A stretch of DNA of 63,964 nucleotides, the filler included, from Acidimicrobiia bacterium (lineage in GTDB: Bacteria; Actinomycetota; Acidimicrobiia; Spongiisociales; CAZKJJ01): NCBI GenBank assembly GCA_046759765.1. It is 3 parts of 3 records of this genome, joined end to end, with 100 filler letters (N's around TTAATTAATTAA, not from the genome) between each part and the next. Parts side by side here need not be neighbours in the genome. Positions count along the whole stretch, not along the records: positions 27,140 to 53,923 come from JBHICV010000019.1; positions 54,024 to 63,964 come from JBHICV010000089.1; 1 more part is not named here. The stretch is one strand, 5' to 3'. The first letter of the stretch is position 1. Each line of letters opens with the position of its first letter. The notes under the pieces are model-generated. The model searched no databases and was not told the origin of the DNA. It saw only the letters and a list, made by a program, of their open reading frames with translations. Shown in pieces: positions 46,423-56,171 of the stretch. The translations under genes were made by a program, and so were the position numbers.

Positions 46423-47234
46423 CGACCGAGACCACGCTGCTCGGGCGGGTGGTGCCGCCTGGTCTCATGGGTGGACGTAGGGCGCGCTATCTGCTGGAGC
46501 GGAACGTCAAGGTCTACCGGCGTTTCTGGCTGGTCATCTTCTCCGGGCTGTTCGAGCCGGTCTTCTATCTGTTTGCCATCGGAGTGGGGATCGGCCAGTT
46601 GGTGGGCGACCTCGTCGCACCGGACGGCAGCCCGGTCTCCTATGTCGCCTTCGTGGCGCCGGCCATGCTGGCCGCCTCGGCGATGAACGGCGCCGTTTAT
46701 GAGTCGACGTTCAACATCTTCTCCAAGTTGCGTTGGGAGAAGACCTATGACGCGGTGCTCACAACGCCTCTGAAGCCGGGAGACATCGCCCTGGCGGAGA
46801 TGACCTGGTCGCAGATGCGCGGCACGGTTTACGCCACGGTGTTCCTGGGCGTGATGCTGGTGATGGGGCTGATCGAATCGTGGTGGGGAGTCCTGGCGCT
46901 GCCGGCGGCGGTTCTGATCGGCTTTGCGTTCGCGGGCGCCGGGATGGCCGCCACGACCTTCTTCCGAACCTGGCAGGACCTCGATCTGGTGACGTTGGTC
47001 ACCTTGCCGCTCTTCCTCTTCTCGGCGACCTTCTATCCGCTCGAGGTTTATCCGCCGGCCCTGCAGGCGATCGCGCAGCTCTCTCCGCTCTATCACGGCG
47101 TGGTACTGATCCGGTCGCTGACCCTGGGCGTCGTCGATCCATCGCTGTGGTGGAACGTCATCTACTTGCTCGTGATGGGCGCGGTGGGGTTTCTGATCGC
47201 CTCGCGTCGGCTGGGCAAGCTGCTCCTCCCTTAG
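46419..47234 (+). CDS. ABC-2 permease
   Basis: FEPVFYL, FVAPAM, FSATFYP; TTGA overlap. Confidence 0.92.
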   Translation: MTTETTLLGRVVPPGLMGGRRARYLLERNVKVYRRFWLVIFSGLFEPVFYLFAIGVGIGQLVGDLVAPDGSPVSYVAFVAPAMLAASAMNGAVYESTFNIFSKLRWEKTYDAVLTTPLKPGDIALAEMTWSQMRGTVYATVFLGVMLVMGLIESWWGVLALPAAVLIGFAFAGAGMAATTFFRTWQDLDLVTLVTLPLFLFSATFYPLEVYPPALQAIAQLSPLYHGVVLIRSLTLGVVDPSLWWNVIYLLVMGAVGFLIASRRLGKLLLP

Positions 47235-47240
47235 CAAGGG

Positions 47241-47350
47241 CTTCGTGTCAATCTGAACCGCGCTTTCCGCGGCTGGGATTGACAGGAACGCGACGCCCGC
47301 GGTTTCAGTCAATCTGAATTCCGCCAGGCGACACTGAGATTGACAGGAAC
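47241..47350. repeat. Pair of 49-bp subfamily B elements (61-bp period)
   Basis: 47241-47289 and 47302-47350, between convergent genes. Confidence 0.9.
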
Positions 47351-47356
47351 GCGGCC

Positions 47357-48394
47357 CTAGAAGCGGTCGATCACCGTCACGCCGACACCGGCGAAGGAGC
47401 TCATTCCTTCCAACTCGGCTGAAGCCTGATCCAGAGCGACGGTCTTGGTGACGAGCCTTCCGAGGTCCATCCCGGTTTGCGAGATCAGCTCGAAGACACG
47501 TGGATACTCGGTGGCGGGTAGCCCCCGGCTGCCGATGATCTCCAGCTCCTTCATGATGATCGGCTCCATGGCGATCTCGATCGATGAAGCGTCCTCGTAC
47601 ATCAGGCCGACCTGCACGTGGCGGCCGTGCTTCCGAAGCGACCTGATCGAGTTCGATGCGGTGGGCGCACTACCCAGGGCGTCGATCGACACGTGGGCGC
47701 CGCCCGTTGCTTCGTGTATGGCCCTGCCGACGTTGCCGACCTCGGAGGCGTCGATCGCAACCTCAGCTCCCAGCTCCTCGGCCAATGCCCGCTTCTCCGG
47801 TGCAATGTCGACCGCTATGACCCTGCCCCCGAGAGCATGGCCGATCATGATCGCTGAGAGCCCGACGCCGCCGCAGCCGTGGACGGCGAGCCAGTCGCCT
47901 TCCTGCAGACGACCCTGATCGACGATGGCGTGAAAAGAAGTAATGAAACGGCAACCCAGCGCGGCCGCATCCACTGAGCTCACCTCCGCGGGCAGTGCCA
48001 CCAGGTTGACGTCGGCGTGGTCGATCGCCACCAGCTCGGCAAAGGATCCCCAATGGGTGAACCCCGGTGTGAATGGCCGGTCGCAGGTGTTGAGGTAACC
48101 AGCGGCGCACGAGGCGCACATGCCACAGCCGACAGAGAATGGGACGGTGACGCGCGCTCCCGGCTTCCAGCGGGTCACCTCGGCTCCAACGGTTTCGATA
48201 ACTCCTGCCATCTCGTGGCCCGGCACATGAGGCAGCGCCGGAAGGTTCTCGTGGCCGATCCAAGCGTGCCAGTCGGATCGACAAACACCGGTTGCCAGCA
48301 CCCGAAGGACTACTCCGTCCGCGGAGGGTTCCGGATCGTCAACTTCGATCACCTCGAGGGGCTGGCCGAAGGCGGTTATAAGGGCGGCGCGCAC
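47357..48394 (-). CDS. Zinc-dependent alcohol dehydrogenase
   Basis: CRSDWH, GHE, CGMCASC..C, GCGGVG. Confidence 0.92.
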   Translation of the reverse strand: MRAALITAFGQPLEVIEVDDPEPSADGVVLRVLATGVCRSDWHAWIGHENLPALPHVPGHEMAGVIETVGAEVTRWKPGARVTVPFSVGCGMCASCAAGYLNTCDRPFTPGFTHWGSFAELVAIDHADVNLVALPAEVSSVDAAALGCRFITSFHAIVDQGRLQEGDWLAVHGCGGVGLSAIMIGHALGGRVIAVDIAPEKRALAEELGAEVAIDASEVGNVGRAIHEATGGAHVSIDALGSAPTASNSIRSLRKHGRHVQVGLMYEDASSIEIAMEPIIMKELEIIGSRGLPATEYPRVFELISQTGMDLGRLVTKTVALDQASAELEGMSSFAGVGVTVIDRF

Positions 48395-48431
48395 GTCGCT
48401 CGACCCTACTGCGGGAGTTAGCGTCCCGACG

Positions 48432-49538
48432 GTGCTTAACCCCAGCCTCCTCCATCTCAGGTGTTTCTCCTGTTCCACCCGGTATCGCCCTGAGAGTTGG
48501 ATCGATGTCTGCCGCCACTGCGGAGGCACGCTCCGAGTCGAATACGACGCCACCCTGCCGTCCACCGGCTCGGTGCGTTCTCTGTGGAGGTACGACCGCG
48601 TACTTCCGGTTCGGCATCGGGATGCAGTCAGCCTGGGGGAGGGGTGGACGCCTCTGGTAGAGGTCGCGGAGAACCTCTGGATCAAGGACGAGGCTCTGAA
48701 CCCCACCGGTTCGTTCAAGGACCGAGGCATGAGTGTGGCCGTTTCTGCCGCGGCCGCGCTGGGCGCCGGCGGCCTGACCACAGCCTCGGCTGGAAACGCG
48801 GCGGAGTCGCTCGCTCGGTACGGGTCGGCCGCGGGAGTGCCTGTATTGGTGGTAATGCCCTCTGACACACCGCCCACGTTCGTTGAGGCCTGTCGAAAGT
48901 ACCGGGCGAAAGTCGAGCTCATTCCCGGGACGATCTCGGAGGCCGCCGGCTGGCTCGGTGAGCATCAACCAGACGGCTACGTCAACCTCGGGACGTTACG
49001 TGAGCCCTTTCGGCTAGAGGGCAAGAAAACCCTCGCCTACGAGCTATACGAGCAGCTCGGTGGGCACCTCCCGGACGTGCTCGTCTTCCCTACCGGCGGC
49101 GGTACCGGAATCGTCGGCATGTGGAAGGCCTTCTCGGAGATGGAGCAGCTGGGATGGACCGACTCTTCGCGTCCCCGGCTGGTACTGGTTCAATCGGCCG
49201 GTTGCGCGCCGATAGTCCGAGCCTACGAAGCCGGTGACTCTGAGACCACTTCATGGGAGAGAACCGAGGCTGGTGCCCACGGGTTGAGGGTTCCCGACCC
49301 CTTTGGCGGTCCGCTCTGTCTGCGGGCCTTGCGCGAGACATCTGGTATCGCAGTGGCGGTTCCGGACGCGGAGCTGTACGGCGCGGCCGAGGTTCTCTCC
49401 GCTCAGACTGGGCTGGACATCTGTCCGGAAGGAGGCGGTGCCTGGGCGGCCTTCGAGCAGCTCCGCGACGAGGGCTGGATCTCTCCTGGCGAGGAAGTGG
49501 TCGTCTTCAACACCGGTGCCGGTCGGAAGTACTCCTGA
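48432..49538 (+). CDS. thrC: Threonine synthase (fold-type II PLP enzyme)
   Basis: LGEGWTPL, NPTGSFKDRG, SAGNA, EGKKT, PTGGG, NTG. Confidence 0.88.
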   Translation: MLNPSLLHLRCFSCSTRYRPESWIDVCRHCGGTLRVEYDATLPSTGSVRSLWRYDRVLPVRHRDAVSLGEGWTPLVEVAENLWIKDEALNPTGSFKDRGMSVAVSAAAALGAGGLTTASAGNAAESLARYGSAAGVPVLVVMPSDTPPTFVEACRKYRAKVELIPGTISEAAGWLGEHQPDGYVNLGTLREPFRLEGKKTLAYELYEQLGGHLPDVLVFPTGGGTGIVGMWKAFSEMEQLGWTDSSRPRLVLVQSAGCAPIVRAYEAGDSETTSWERTEAGAHGLRVPDPFGGPLCLRALRETSGIAVAVPDAELYGAAEVLSAQTGLDICPEGGGAWAAFEQLRDEGWISPGEEVVVFNTGAGRKYS

Positions 49539-49564
49539 TCTGTCCCACCGTTAACGTTTCTTCA

Positions 49565-50359
49565 ATGTCGTGGATTCTTCTTACCAATGACGACGGACCG
49601 GACAGTCCGGCTCTTGTCCCGTTCGCCCGCGCGCTGGCGCCGATGGGCGAGCTGAGGGTGGTGGTGCCGCGAGAGGAGCGGAGCTGGGTCGGCAAGGCCA
49701 TTACCCGCTTCGAGCCGGTGCACGTCGAAAAGGCTGACCGGGACGGCGTTTCTATGTGGCTGTGCTCGGGATATCCGGCGGACGGAGTCCAGCTGGGAAT
49801 CAATGGTCTGTTCAGCGAGCCACCCGAGCTTGTCATCTCGGGGATCAACCTCGGGTACAACCATGGCGCCGGCTACATCCTGTCGTCCGGAACGATTGGG
49901 GCTGCGTTCGAGGCGTGGGTAAGCGGCGTCCCCGCCCTCGCTTTCTCCACTGGGACCATGTCCGACTGGAACGAGTGGCGTGCCCGTGCCAAGTCGCCCC
50001 AGGCCGCCGACGACTGGATTCGGCTGGGCCGGTTGTGCGCCGACATGACGGCAGAAATCAGAGGTACGACCCTGGCCGACGAAGCTGACATCGTCAGCGT
50101 CAACCTTCCGTACGAATCGGACGAGCACACTCCCCGGCAAGTCACCTCCATTGCCCGCGTCGGCTACGACAAACTCTTCCGAGCCGACGGGGAGGGACGT
50201 TTTGTCCATTCGTTCGGAGGCGCATTCCGCCAGTTCGACGTGCTGGACGGAACCGATGTCGACGCCGCCCATCGGCGTCAGATATCGATTACGCCTATCC
50301 GCATGCCACAGGCTGCGTCCCTCTCGGAGGAAATGATTCGAGAGCTCGAACAGAGCTGA
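49565..50359 (+). CDS. surE: 5'/3'-nucleotidase SurE
   Basis: ILLTNDDG, GYPAD, SGINLG.N, SGTIGAA. Confidence 0.92.
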   Translation: MSWILLTNDDGPDSPALVPFARALAPMGELRVVVPREERSWVGKAITRFEPVHVEKADRDGVSMWLCSGYPADGVQLGINGLFSEPPELVISGINLGYNHGAGYILSSGTIGAAFEAWVSGVPALAFSTGTMSDWNEWRARAKSPQAADDWIRLGRLCADMTAEIRGTTLADEADIVSVNLPYESDEHTPRQVTSIARVGYDKLFRADGEGRFVHSFGGAFRQFDVLDGTDVDAAHRRQISITPIRMPQAASLSEEMIRELEQS

Positions 50360-50372
50360 CGGCCACGCTCAA

Positions 50373-51203
50373 TCACAGCGTGAAGGAGGGCACCTCCGTC
50401 GACTCCTTATCCGAGGCGAGTCTCCTTTCGTGGTCTTGCACGCCGATCATGGCCCGGACGAGGCTCGAAACCGCCAGTGCGATCTCCGGATCGACCTCTC
50501 CGGCTTCGACCCTTTCGATCAGATGGTCCAGGTGGCGGTAGAGCCTGCTAAGCCGCCGCGGTCGTCGTCTCGGACGACGCGGTGGCCGTTGAGGATCGTG
50601 AGCGGCGCAGAAGCCCGTTTTGCCGAGGATCTGTGAACGACACGGCATCCCGTCCTGCCTTCGACCGCGGCAACGAACGGCCTCAGCGGGCTCTGCCTCC
50701 GGCGGGGGAACCGGCAAGTCCTCCTTGAAGTCCTTGAATACGTCATAGGGGACTTTCTCGGCGTCCTTGTCGGAGAGATCGATCGTGAGGTCGACCGGCG
50801 AAGGAACGCGTTCCCGGGTCAGCGTCGTTGTCGAGTGCGGTGCGGCTGCCGGTCCGGGCTCGGGATCAAGGGGCTGAGGTGCCGTCAGCCACGTCCATAG
50901 CCTGCCGAGCGTCCCCGTGGTCTCGGAAGAACCCAATACCGGTGAGGCGTCGTAGCTGAATCGCACCGGATCGTCGGGAACGAAGTGGGTGGTGTCTTCA
51001 TCCACCACCAGTGAGAACCGGCCGTCGTCGAGCGCGGCGAGAGCGACCTCAGCCAGTGGCCACGAGCCGAGCTCCTTGGCGCCGGCCGTCACCACCACCC
51101 GTTCACCACTTATCTCGAGGACGACTCTGAGTTCAGCGGCTGGATCGTTCGGGACTAGCAGCTGTCCAGCAAACCGCATCGCACTCTTCCTCCTGTTAGC
51201 CAC
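50373..51203 (-). CDS. Hypothetical protein with CCCH-type motif
   Basis: C-x9-C-x9-C-x2-H (CRGRRQDGMPC..FCAAH). Confidence 0.7.
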   Translation of the reverse strand: MANRRKSAMRFAGQLLVPNDPAAELRVVLEISGERVVVTAGAKELGSWPLAEVALAALDDGRFSLVVDEDTTHFVPDDPVRFSYDASPVLGSSETTGTLGRLWTWLTAPQPLDPEPGPAAAPHSTTTLTRERVPSPVDLTIDLSDKDAEKVPYDVFKDFKEDLPVPPPEAEPAEAVRCRGRRQDGMPCRSQILGKTGFCAAHDPQRPPRRPRRRPRRLSRLYRHLDHLIERVEAGEVDPEIALAVSSLVRAMIGVQDHERRLASDKESTEVPSFTL

Positions 51204-51253
51204 TCCCCGTGGCCACTCTCGCGCTCAGAGTGAGGAAAGTCAATAGTGGCCCG

Positions 51254-51302
51254 GTTTCTGTGACGCTTAGCCATACATACGTTGGTCAGGCGTCACCGTG
51301 AA
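51254..51302. repeat. Degenerate 49-bp subfamily A element
   Basis: GTTTCTGTGACGC..GCGTCAC. Confidence 0.65.
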
Positions 51303-51362
51303 GAAGGGGCGACTAACCGGCGACCCGTTAGCAGCGTAGATTTCGGGGTTAAGGAGGCCGCC

Positions 51363-53923
51363 ATAACCCAGCTACCCACCGGCACCGTGACGTTCTTGTT
51401 CACGGATATCGAGGGCTCTACCCGGCTGTGGCAAGAGCATCCGGACGACATGCGAGCCGCTCTCACGCACCACGACGAGATGCTGCGCGAAACCATCACC
51501 CACAACGGGGGACATCTCATCAAGAGCACGGGCGACGGCGTCTACGCCGTGTTCGATCGAGCCAACAGCGCCGCGGCGGCGGCCGTTCTTGCCCAGAGCC
51601 GATTCCAGGGAGTCGAATTTCCGGGGGTTGGTCGCCTGAACGTGCGCATGGCCCTGCACACCGGCGAGGCGGACGAACGGCAAGGCGACTACTTCGGCCC
51701 CGCTCTGAACCGAGCGGCCCGGCTTCTCGGCACAGGCCACGGGGGTCAGATACTCGTATCAGCCGCGACGAAAGAGGTTCTCGGCGAGAATGACTACGAC
51801 CTCGTTGACCTTGGCGATCACCGCTTGCGTGACCTCGCCCGACCCGAGCGGGTGCACCAACTCCTGTCTCCAGGGTTGCCGGCCGAGTTCCCGCCGTTGG
51901 TGAGCCTCGACGCTCAGCCCAACAACCTCCCCTTCCAACTCACGACCTTCGTTGGGCGGGATGCTGAGCTGAGCCAGATCACGCAGCTACTTAGCGAGGC
52001 GCGTCTCGTCTCGCTCACGGGAGTTGGTGGTGCCGGCAAGACGCGTCTCGCGCTCCAGGTGGCGGCTGAGCTGCTCGACTCCTTTCCCGACGGCGCCTGG
52101 ATGGTGGAGCTAGCTCCCATCTCCGACCCTTCCCTGGTCATCAACCAGGCCTCCGAGCCCTTCGGCGTCCGCGACATGGAGACCGACAGCGGGAGGCTAC
52201 TGGTCGACGTGCTGAGCGACTATCTCAAAGACAAAGAGTTGATGGTCGTCTTCGACAATTGCGAGCACCTCATCGAGGAGAGTGCCGGCCTGGCCGAGAC
52301 GCTCCTCACCCGATGTCCCCACATCAGGATCTTGGCGACGAGCCGAGAGCTGCTCGGCGTACCGGGCGAGGCCGTTTACCCGGTTCCTCCGCTCGGGTTG
52401 CCGGCAGAAGAGCAGATAGAGGTCGAAGAAACCGACGCCGTTTTCTTGTTCACGGAGCGCGCCACCCAGATACAGCCAGGCTTCCGGCTCGACAAAGACA
52501 ATTCCTTGGCAGTGGCGGAGATCACGCGTCGACTCGACGGCCTGCCGCTGGCCATCGAGCTAGCTGCCTCCCGAACGAACGTCCTGACTCCGCACGAGAT
52601 CCTTCTGAGACTCGACAACCAGTTGCAGCTGATTGCTTCACGTCGTCGGGGCGGCGGGCGGCACGCAACCCTGGAAGCCGCCATGGATTGGAGCTACGAG
52701 CTGCTGTCAGACGAGGAGCAGCAGCTGTTCCGAAAGCTCTCGGTCTTCGCCGGAGGATGGACGCTGGAGGCCGCTGAAGTCATCTCCGCACTGCCGGGGC
52801 CTGGTGTGCTCGATCTACTGAGCCATCTCGTCGAGCAGTCGCTGGTGGAGGTTTCCGACACGGACGGTGCCAGCCGCTACCGGCTGCTGGAACCCGTGCG
52901 CCAATACGCGGCCGCCAAGCTGTCCGAGGCTGGAGAGGACGACGAAATCCGTCAGCGGCATGCCCTTTACTTCATGGGACTTGCCGAGACGTCTGTATCG
53001 GGACTGCGCGGCGCCGAGCAGGCGGCGTGGACTCGTCGGATGGAGATGGAACACGACAACGCGCGAAGCGCTATCAAGTGGTGTCTCAATGCCGATGCGG
53101 ATGAGGTAGCACTTCGGCTTGTGGGGGCAATGGGCTGGTTTTGGTGGGTCCGGGGCCACTGGAAAGAGGCTCACCGGTGGTTCCGGCGGGTTTACGAGGC
53201 CACGCCCGACGCCGACGCCGTTCTCCGAGCCAGGCTCGTATACAAGGTAGCGGCCCTCGAGATCCAGCGAGCCCGGCCCGCCGAGGTGAGACCGCTGGTC
53301 GAAGAGGCTCTCGCCACCTTCCGTGAAAGTGGCACCCAAAACGATGTTGCCTGGGCGGCAATTCACCTTGCGGACGCCCGAGGCCGCGAAGCCGGTCTCG
53401 AGCTTGCAGCGGAGAGCCTGGGACTCTTTGTAGCGGTAGGCGACAGCTGGGGAGAGTCCTTTGCGAGGTTCATCCACGGCTTGAAGCTGGATGAGCTTGG
53501 GGAGGCCAAGGGCCTCAGGCAAATGGGGAAGGCCGTGGATGCGTTGGTCAGCCTGGGGGATCGATGGGCCGCGGGCTGGTTCGCGTTCATTCTCGGACAA
53601 GCGTTGGCGGGCAGGGGCAAATACGAAGAAGCGAGGGCGATGATCGAGCGCAGCCAAGAACTCGTCGATGGGACGGGCGACCGGTGGGTGCGCCCGCATT
53701 GCCGGAGCCGCCTTGGGTTAGTCGCGGCTATGACCGGCGATTCAGAGGACGCCAAGCGGCTATTTGGAGAGGCTCTTCCGGTCCATCAGCAGATCGGGGA
53801 CGAGAACTGCACTGCTCTCGTTAACACGTATCTAGGTGAGGTCCTCACCAGCGAAGGCGACTACGTACGAGGCGAGGAGCACCTCGTAGTGGGCCTCGAG
53901 GAGTACCAGGATCTCCGCAATCC
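51363..53923 (+). CDS. Class III adenylate cyclase + STAND/NB-ARC ATPase + TPR protein, 3' truncated; probable ATA start
   Basis: FTDIEGST, KSTGD, DYFG..NRAAR, GVGGAGKTR, DNCEH, TSRE, GLPLAIELAA; AAGGAGG 5 nt before ATA. Confidence 0.92.
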
Positions 53924-54023
53924 NNNNNNNNNNNNNNNNNNNNNNNNNNNNNNNNNNNNNNNNNNNNTTAATTAATTAANNNNNNNNNNNNNNNNNNNNN
54001 NNNNNNNNNNNNNNNNNNNNNNN
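53924..54023. other. Artificial contig linker
   Basis: N44-TTAATTAATTAA-N44. Confidence 0.98.
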
Positions 54024-54722
54024 GAGGATCTCCGGCTTGGCGAACGCCGAGTCCATCTGGACGAAACGATCCCCTTGCGTGACGTGGGGGATGACATCCA
54101 GGTCCCCGTAGGTGCGACGTTTCTCACCATTGGAGAGGCGATTCATGCCGTGATAGGCGAGAGAGACGTGGCCGTATCGGTCGACCTTGATGATGTTGCC
54201 GAGCTGGATGTCGAGCCCGTCTCCGAAGGGGTATCCCCACAAATCGGAGAGTTGGTCGAGATCCTGGACGACCTGCTGCTGGCCGCCCGCGAGGCGCGCA
54301 CCGTGCCGCTGTCGGGCAACGTCATGCTTGACCGTGAGGAGCTCCTGGCCCAGCTCGAACGTATCAAGGAACTACTGCCAGAGGAGCTAAGGGCCGCCCG
54401 CTGGATGGTCCGGGAAAGAGAGTCGTTCGTCGCTCGTACCAACGAGCAGGCCAAAGCGATTCAGCTGCGGGCTCAGGAGGAGGCCCGTCGGCTCGTCTCT
54501 GAGTCGAACATCGTGTCCGAGGCAGTGGAGGAGGCCAATGCGCTCGTCCGCCGAGCGGAGGGAGAGGCGCGGCGGATAAGACTCGAAGCGGAGGACCTGG
54601 CCGAAGACCGGCTCGAGCATCTGGAGGTCCTATTCGGCAACCTGTTGCGGCAGATCCGCGATGCGCGGGCCGAATTCCATCGTGCTCGGCCTCCCGAACC
54701 TGAGGTACCGATCTCCGAATAG
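54024..54722 (+). CDS. SepIVA/DivIVA-like coiled-coil protein, 5' truncated
   Basis: ARTVPLSGNVMLDREELL..LPEELRAARW; synteny with yceD-rpmF-rnc. Confidence 0.75.
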   Translation, partial: EDLRLGERRVHLDETIPLRDVGDDIQVPVGATFLTIGEAIHAVIGERDVAVSVDLDDVAELDVEPVSEGVSPQIGELVEILDDLLLAAREARTVPLSGNVMLDREELLAQLERIKELLPEELRAARWMVRERESFVARTNEQAKAIQLRAQEEARRLVSESNIVSEAVEEANALVRRAEGEARRIRLEAEDLAEDRLEHLEVLFGNLLRQIRDARAEFHRARPPEPEVPISE

Positions 54723-54742
54723 AACGGCAATAAGATTCGGTC

Positions 54743-55237
54743 GTGCGCAGCCCATATGAGGTATTGGTATCCGATCTGCTCTCCGGCCGCGAGTCCAGCC
54801 GCCGCGTGTCGTCGACGGCCCCGCTCGCCCTGAGCTTGGAGCAGGCCGAGGTCGAAGGTCAAGCGCAGCTGGATCTCGAGCTAAAGGGCGTTGGAGATCG
54901 AGTGTCCGCCACCGGCACGGCCGGTGTGAATATCCAACTCACTTGCGTCCGCTGTCTCACCGGCTGGACCGAGACCCTGGCTGTGGAAGTCTCGGCCCTA
55001 TTCGCCCGCGAACCGAGTTCGGAGGAGTATCCCGTGTCAGCCGACACCACCGTCGACCTAGAGCCGGCGGTCAGGGACGACGTGGCCTCAGCGATGCCGC
55101 TTCTTCCCTTGTGCCGGCCCGACTGCGCGGGACTTTGCCCAGTGTGCGGAACTGACTTGAATAATGGGAGGTGCCCAGGGCACGAACTCGAGGAAGACTC
55201 GCCGTTTGCTGCCCTCCGCTCCCTGATCCAGGACTAG
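54743..55237 (+). CDS. yceD: YceD/DUF177 family protein
   Basis: CVRCL, PLCRPDCAGLCPVCG, SPFAAL. Confidence 0.92.
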   Translation: MRSPYEVLVSDLLSGRESSRRVSSTAPLALSLEQAEVEGQAQLDLELKGVGDRVSATGTAGVNIQLTCVRCLTGWTETLAVEVSALFAREPSSEEYPVSADTTVDLEPAVRDDVASAMPLLPLCRPDCAGLCPVCGTDLNNGRCPGHELEEDSPFAALRSLIQD

Positions 55238-55247
55238 GACGCTGCAA

Positions 55248-55427
55248 GTGGCCGTTCCCAAGAAGAAGATGTCTCGGTCGCGGACTCGTCGGCGCAAAGC
55301 CGGCTGGAAGCTCCGCGCGCCGCGGTTATCAGTTTGTCCGCGCTGCGCGAGCCCCAAACGGCCCCACCACGCTTGCGAAAACTGCGGTACCTACCGGGGC
55401 CGAGAGGTCCTGAGCGACCTCTCCTAG
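55248..55427 (+). CDS. rpmF: 50S ribosomal protein L32 (Zn-ribbon form)
   Basis: Below track cutoff; MAVPKKKMSRSRTRRRKA..CPRC..PHHACENCGTY. Confidence 0.97.
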   Translation: MAVPKKKMSRSRTRRRKAGWKLRAPRLSVCPRCASPKRPHHACENCGTYRGREVLSDLS

Positions 55428-55487
55428 CTCCATGGCCCGCACCTTTCGGGGGCTTGCGGCTCGACTCCAAGAGGGCACGTCCGGTCG

Positions 55488-56171
55488 ATGATCGAGGACA
55501 CACTGGGTCACAGGTTCCGCCGGCGGGAACTCCTCGACCAGGCGTTGATTCACTCGTCGTATGCGGCTGAACGCCCGAACATCTCGGACAATGAGCGGCT
55601 CGAGTTTCTGGGTGATGCAGTGCTCCAGCTCGTAGTAACCGACTATGTCTTTGACGCTTGGCCGGACCTTCCCGAAGGCGAGCTCGCCAAGATCCGGGCC
55701 GCATCCGTCAGTGGGGAGCAGCTGGCTTCTGTTGCCAGATCGATTGGACTGGGCGTGCATGTTGCTCTGGGCCGAGGAGAGGAGTCGAGTGGTGGGCGAA
55801 ACAAGGACTCGATCCTCGCCGACACCATGGAAGCTGTGCTGGCGGCCGTTTATCTCGACGGAGGATACGAAGCCGCTCGGGACGTGGTCTTGAAGCACTG
55901 GGAGGAACGAATTGACGCATCAGCCGCCGATCCGGGCCGAAAGGACTTCAAGACCCGCCTCCAAGAGTTGCTGGCGAGACGAGGAGTGCGGCCCGTCTAC
56001 CGAATAGCCGAAGAGGGCCTCGACCACGACAAGACGTTCACTGCCACGGTCGAGATCGAGAACACAGCCTTTGGGACGGGCGTCGGCCGAACCAAGAAAC
56101 AGGCCGAACAGCGCGCGGCACGGACGACCCTCGACGAGATTGGGGACAACGAGAGTGCCGGAGCTACCTGA
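55488..56171 (+). CDS. rnc: Ribonuclease III
   Basis: NERLEFLGDAVL, ADTMEA, dsRBD KKQAEQ. Confidence 0.97.
   Translation: MIEDTLGHRFRRRELLDQALIHSSYAAERPNISDNERLEFLGDAVLQLVVTDYVFDAWPDLPEGELAKIRAASVSGEQLASVARSIGLGVHVALGRGEESSGGRNKDSILADTMEAVLAAVYLDGGYEAARDVVLKHWEERIDASAADPGRKDFKTRLQELLARRGVRPVYRIAEEGLDHDKTFTATVEIENTAFGTGVGRTKKQAEQRAARTTLDEIGDNESAGAT

Noticed and set aside
45930..47312. Long antisense ORFs (also 276-1199, 58651-59679 and similar)
   Set aside because: Typical high-GC shadow ORFs opposite well-supported genes.
51282..51362. Track N-terminal extensions (also 5767, 3858, 11451, 14475, 30277, 49253)
   Set aside because: They start inside repeats or neighbouring genes; conserved domains begin downstream.
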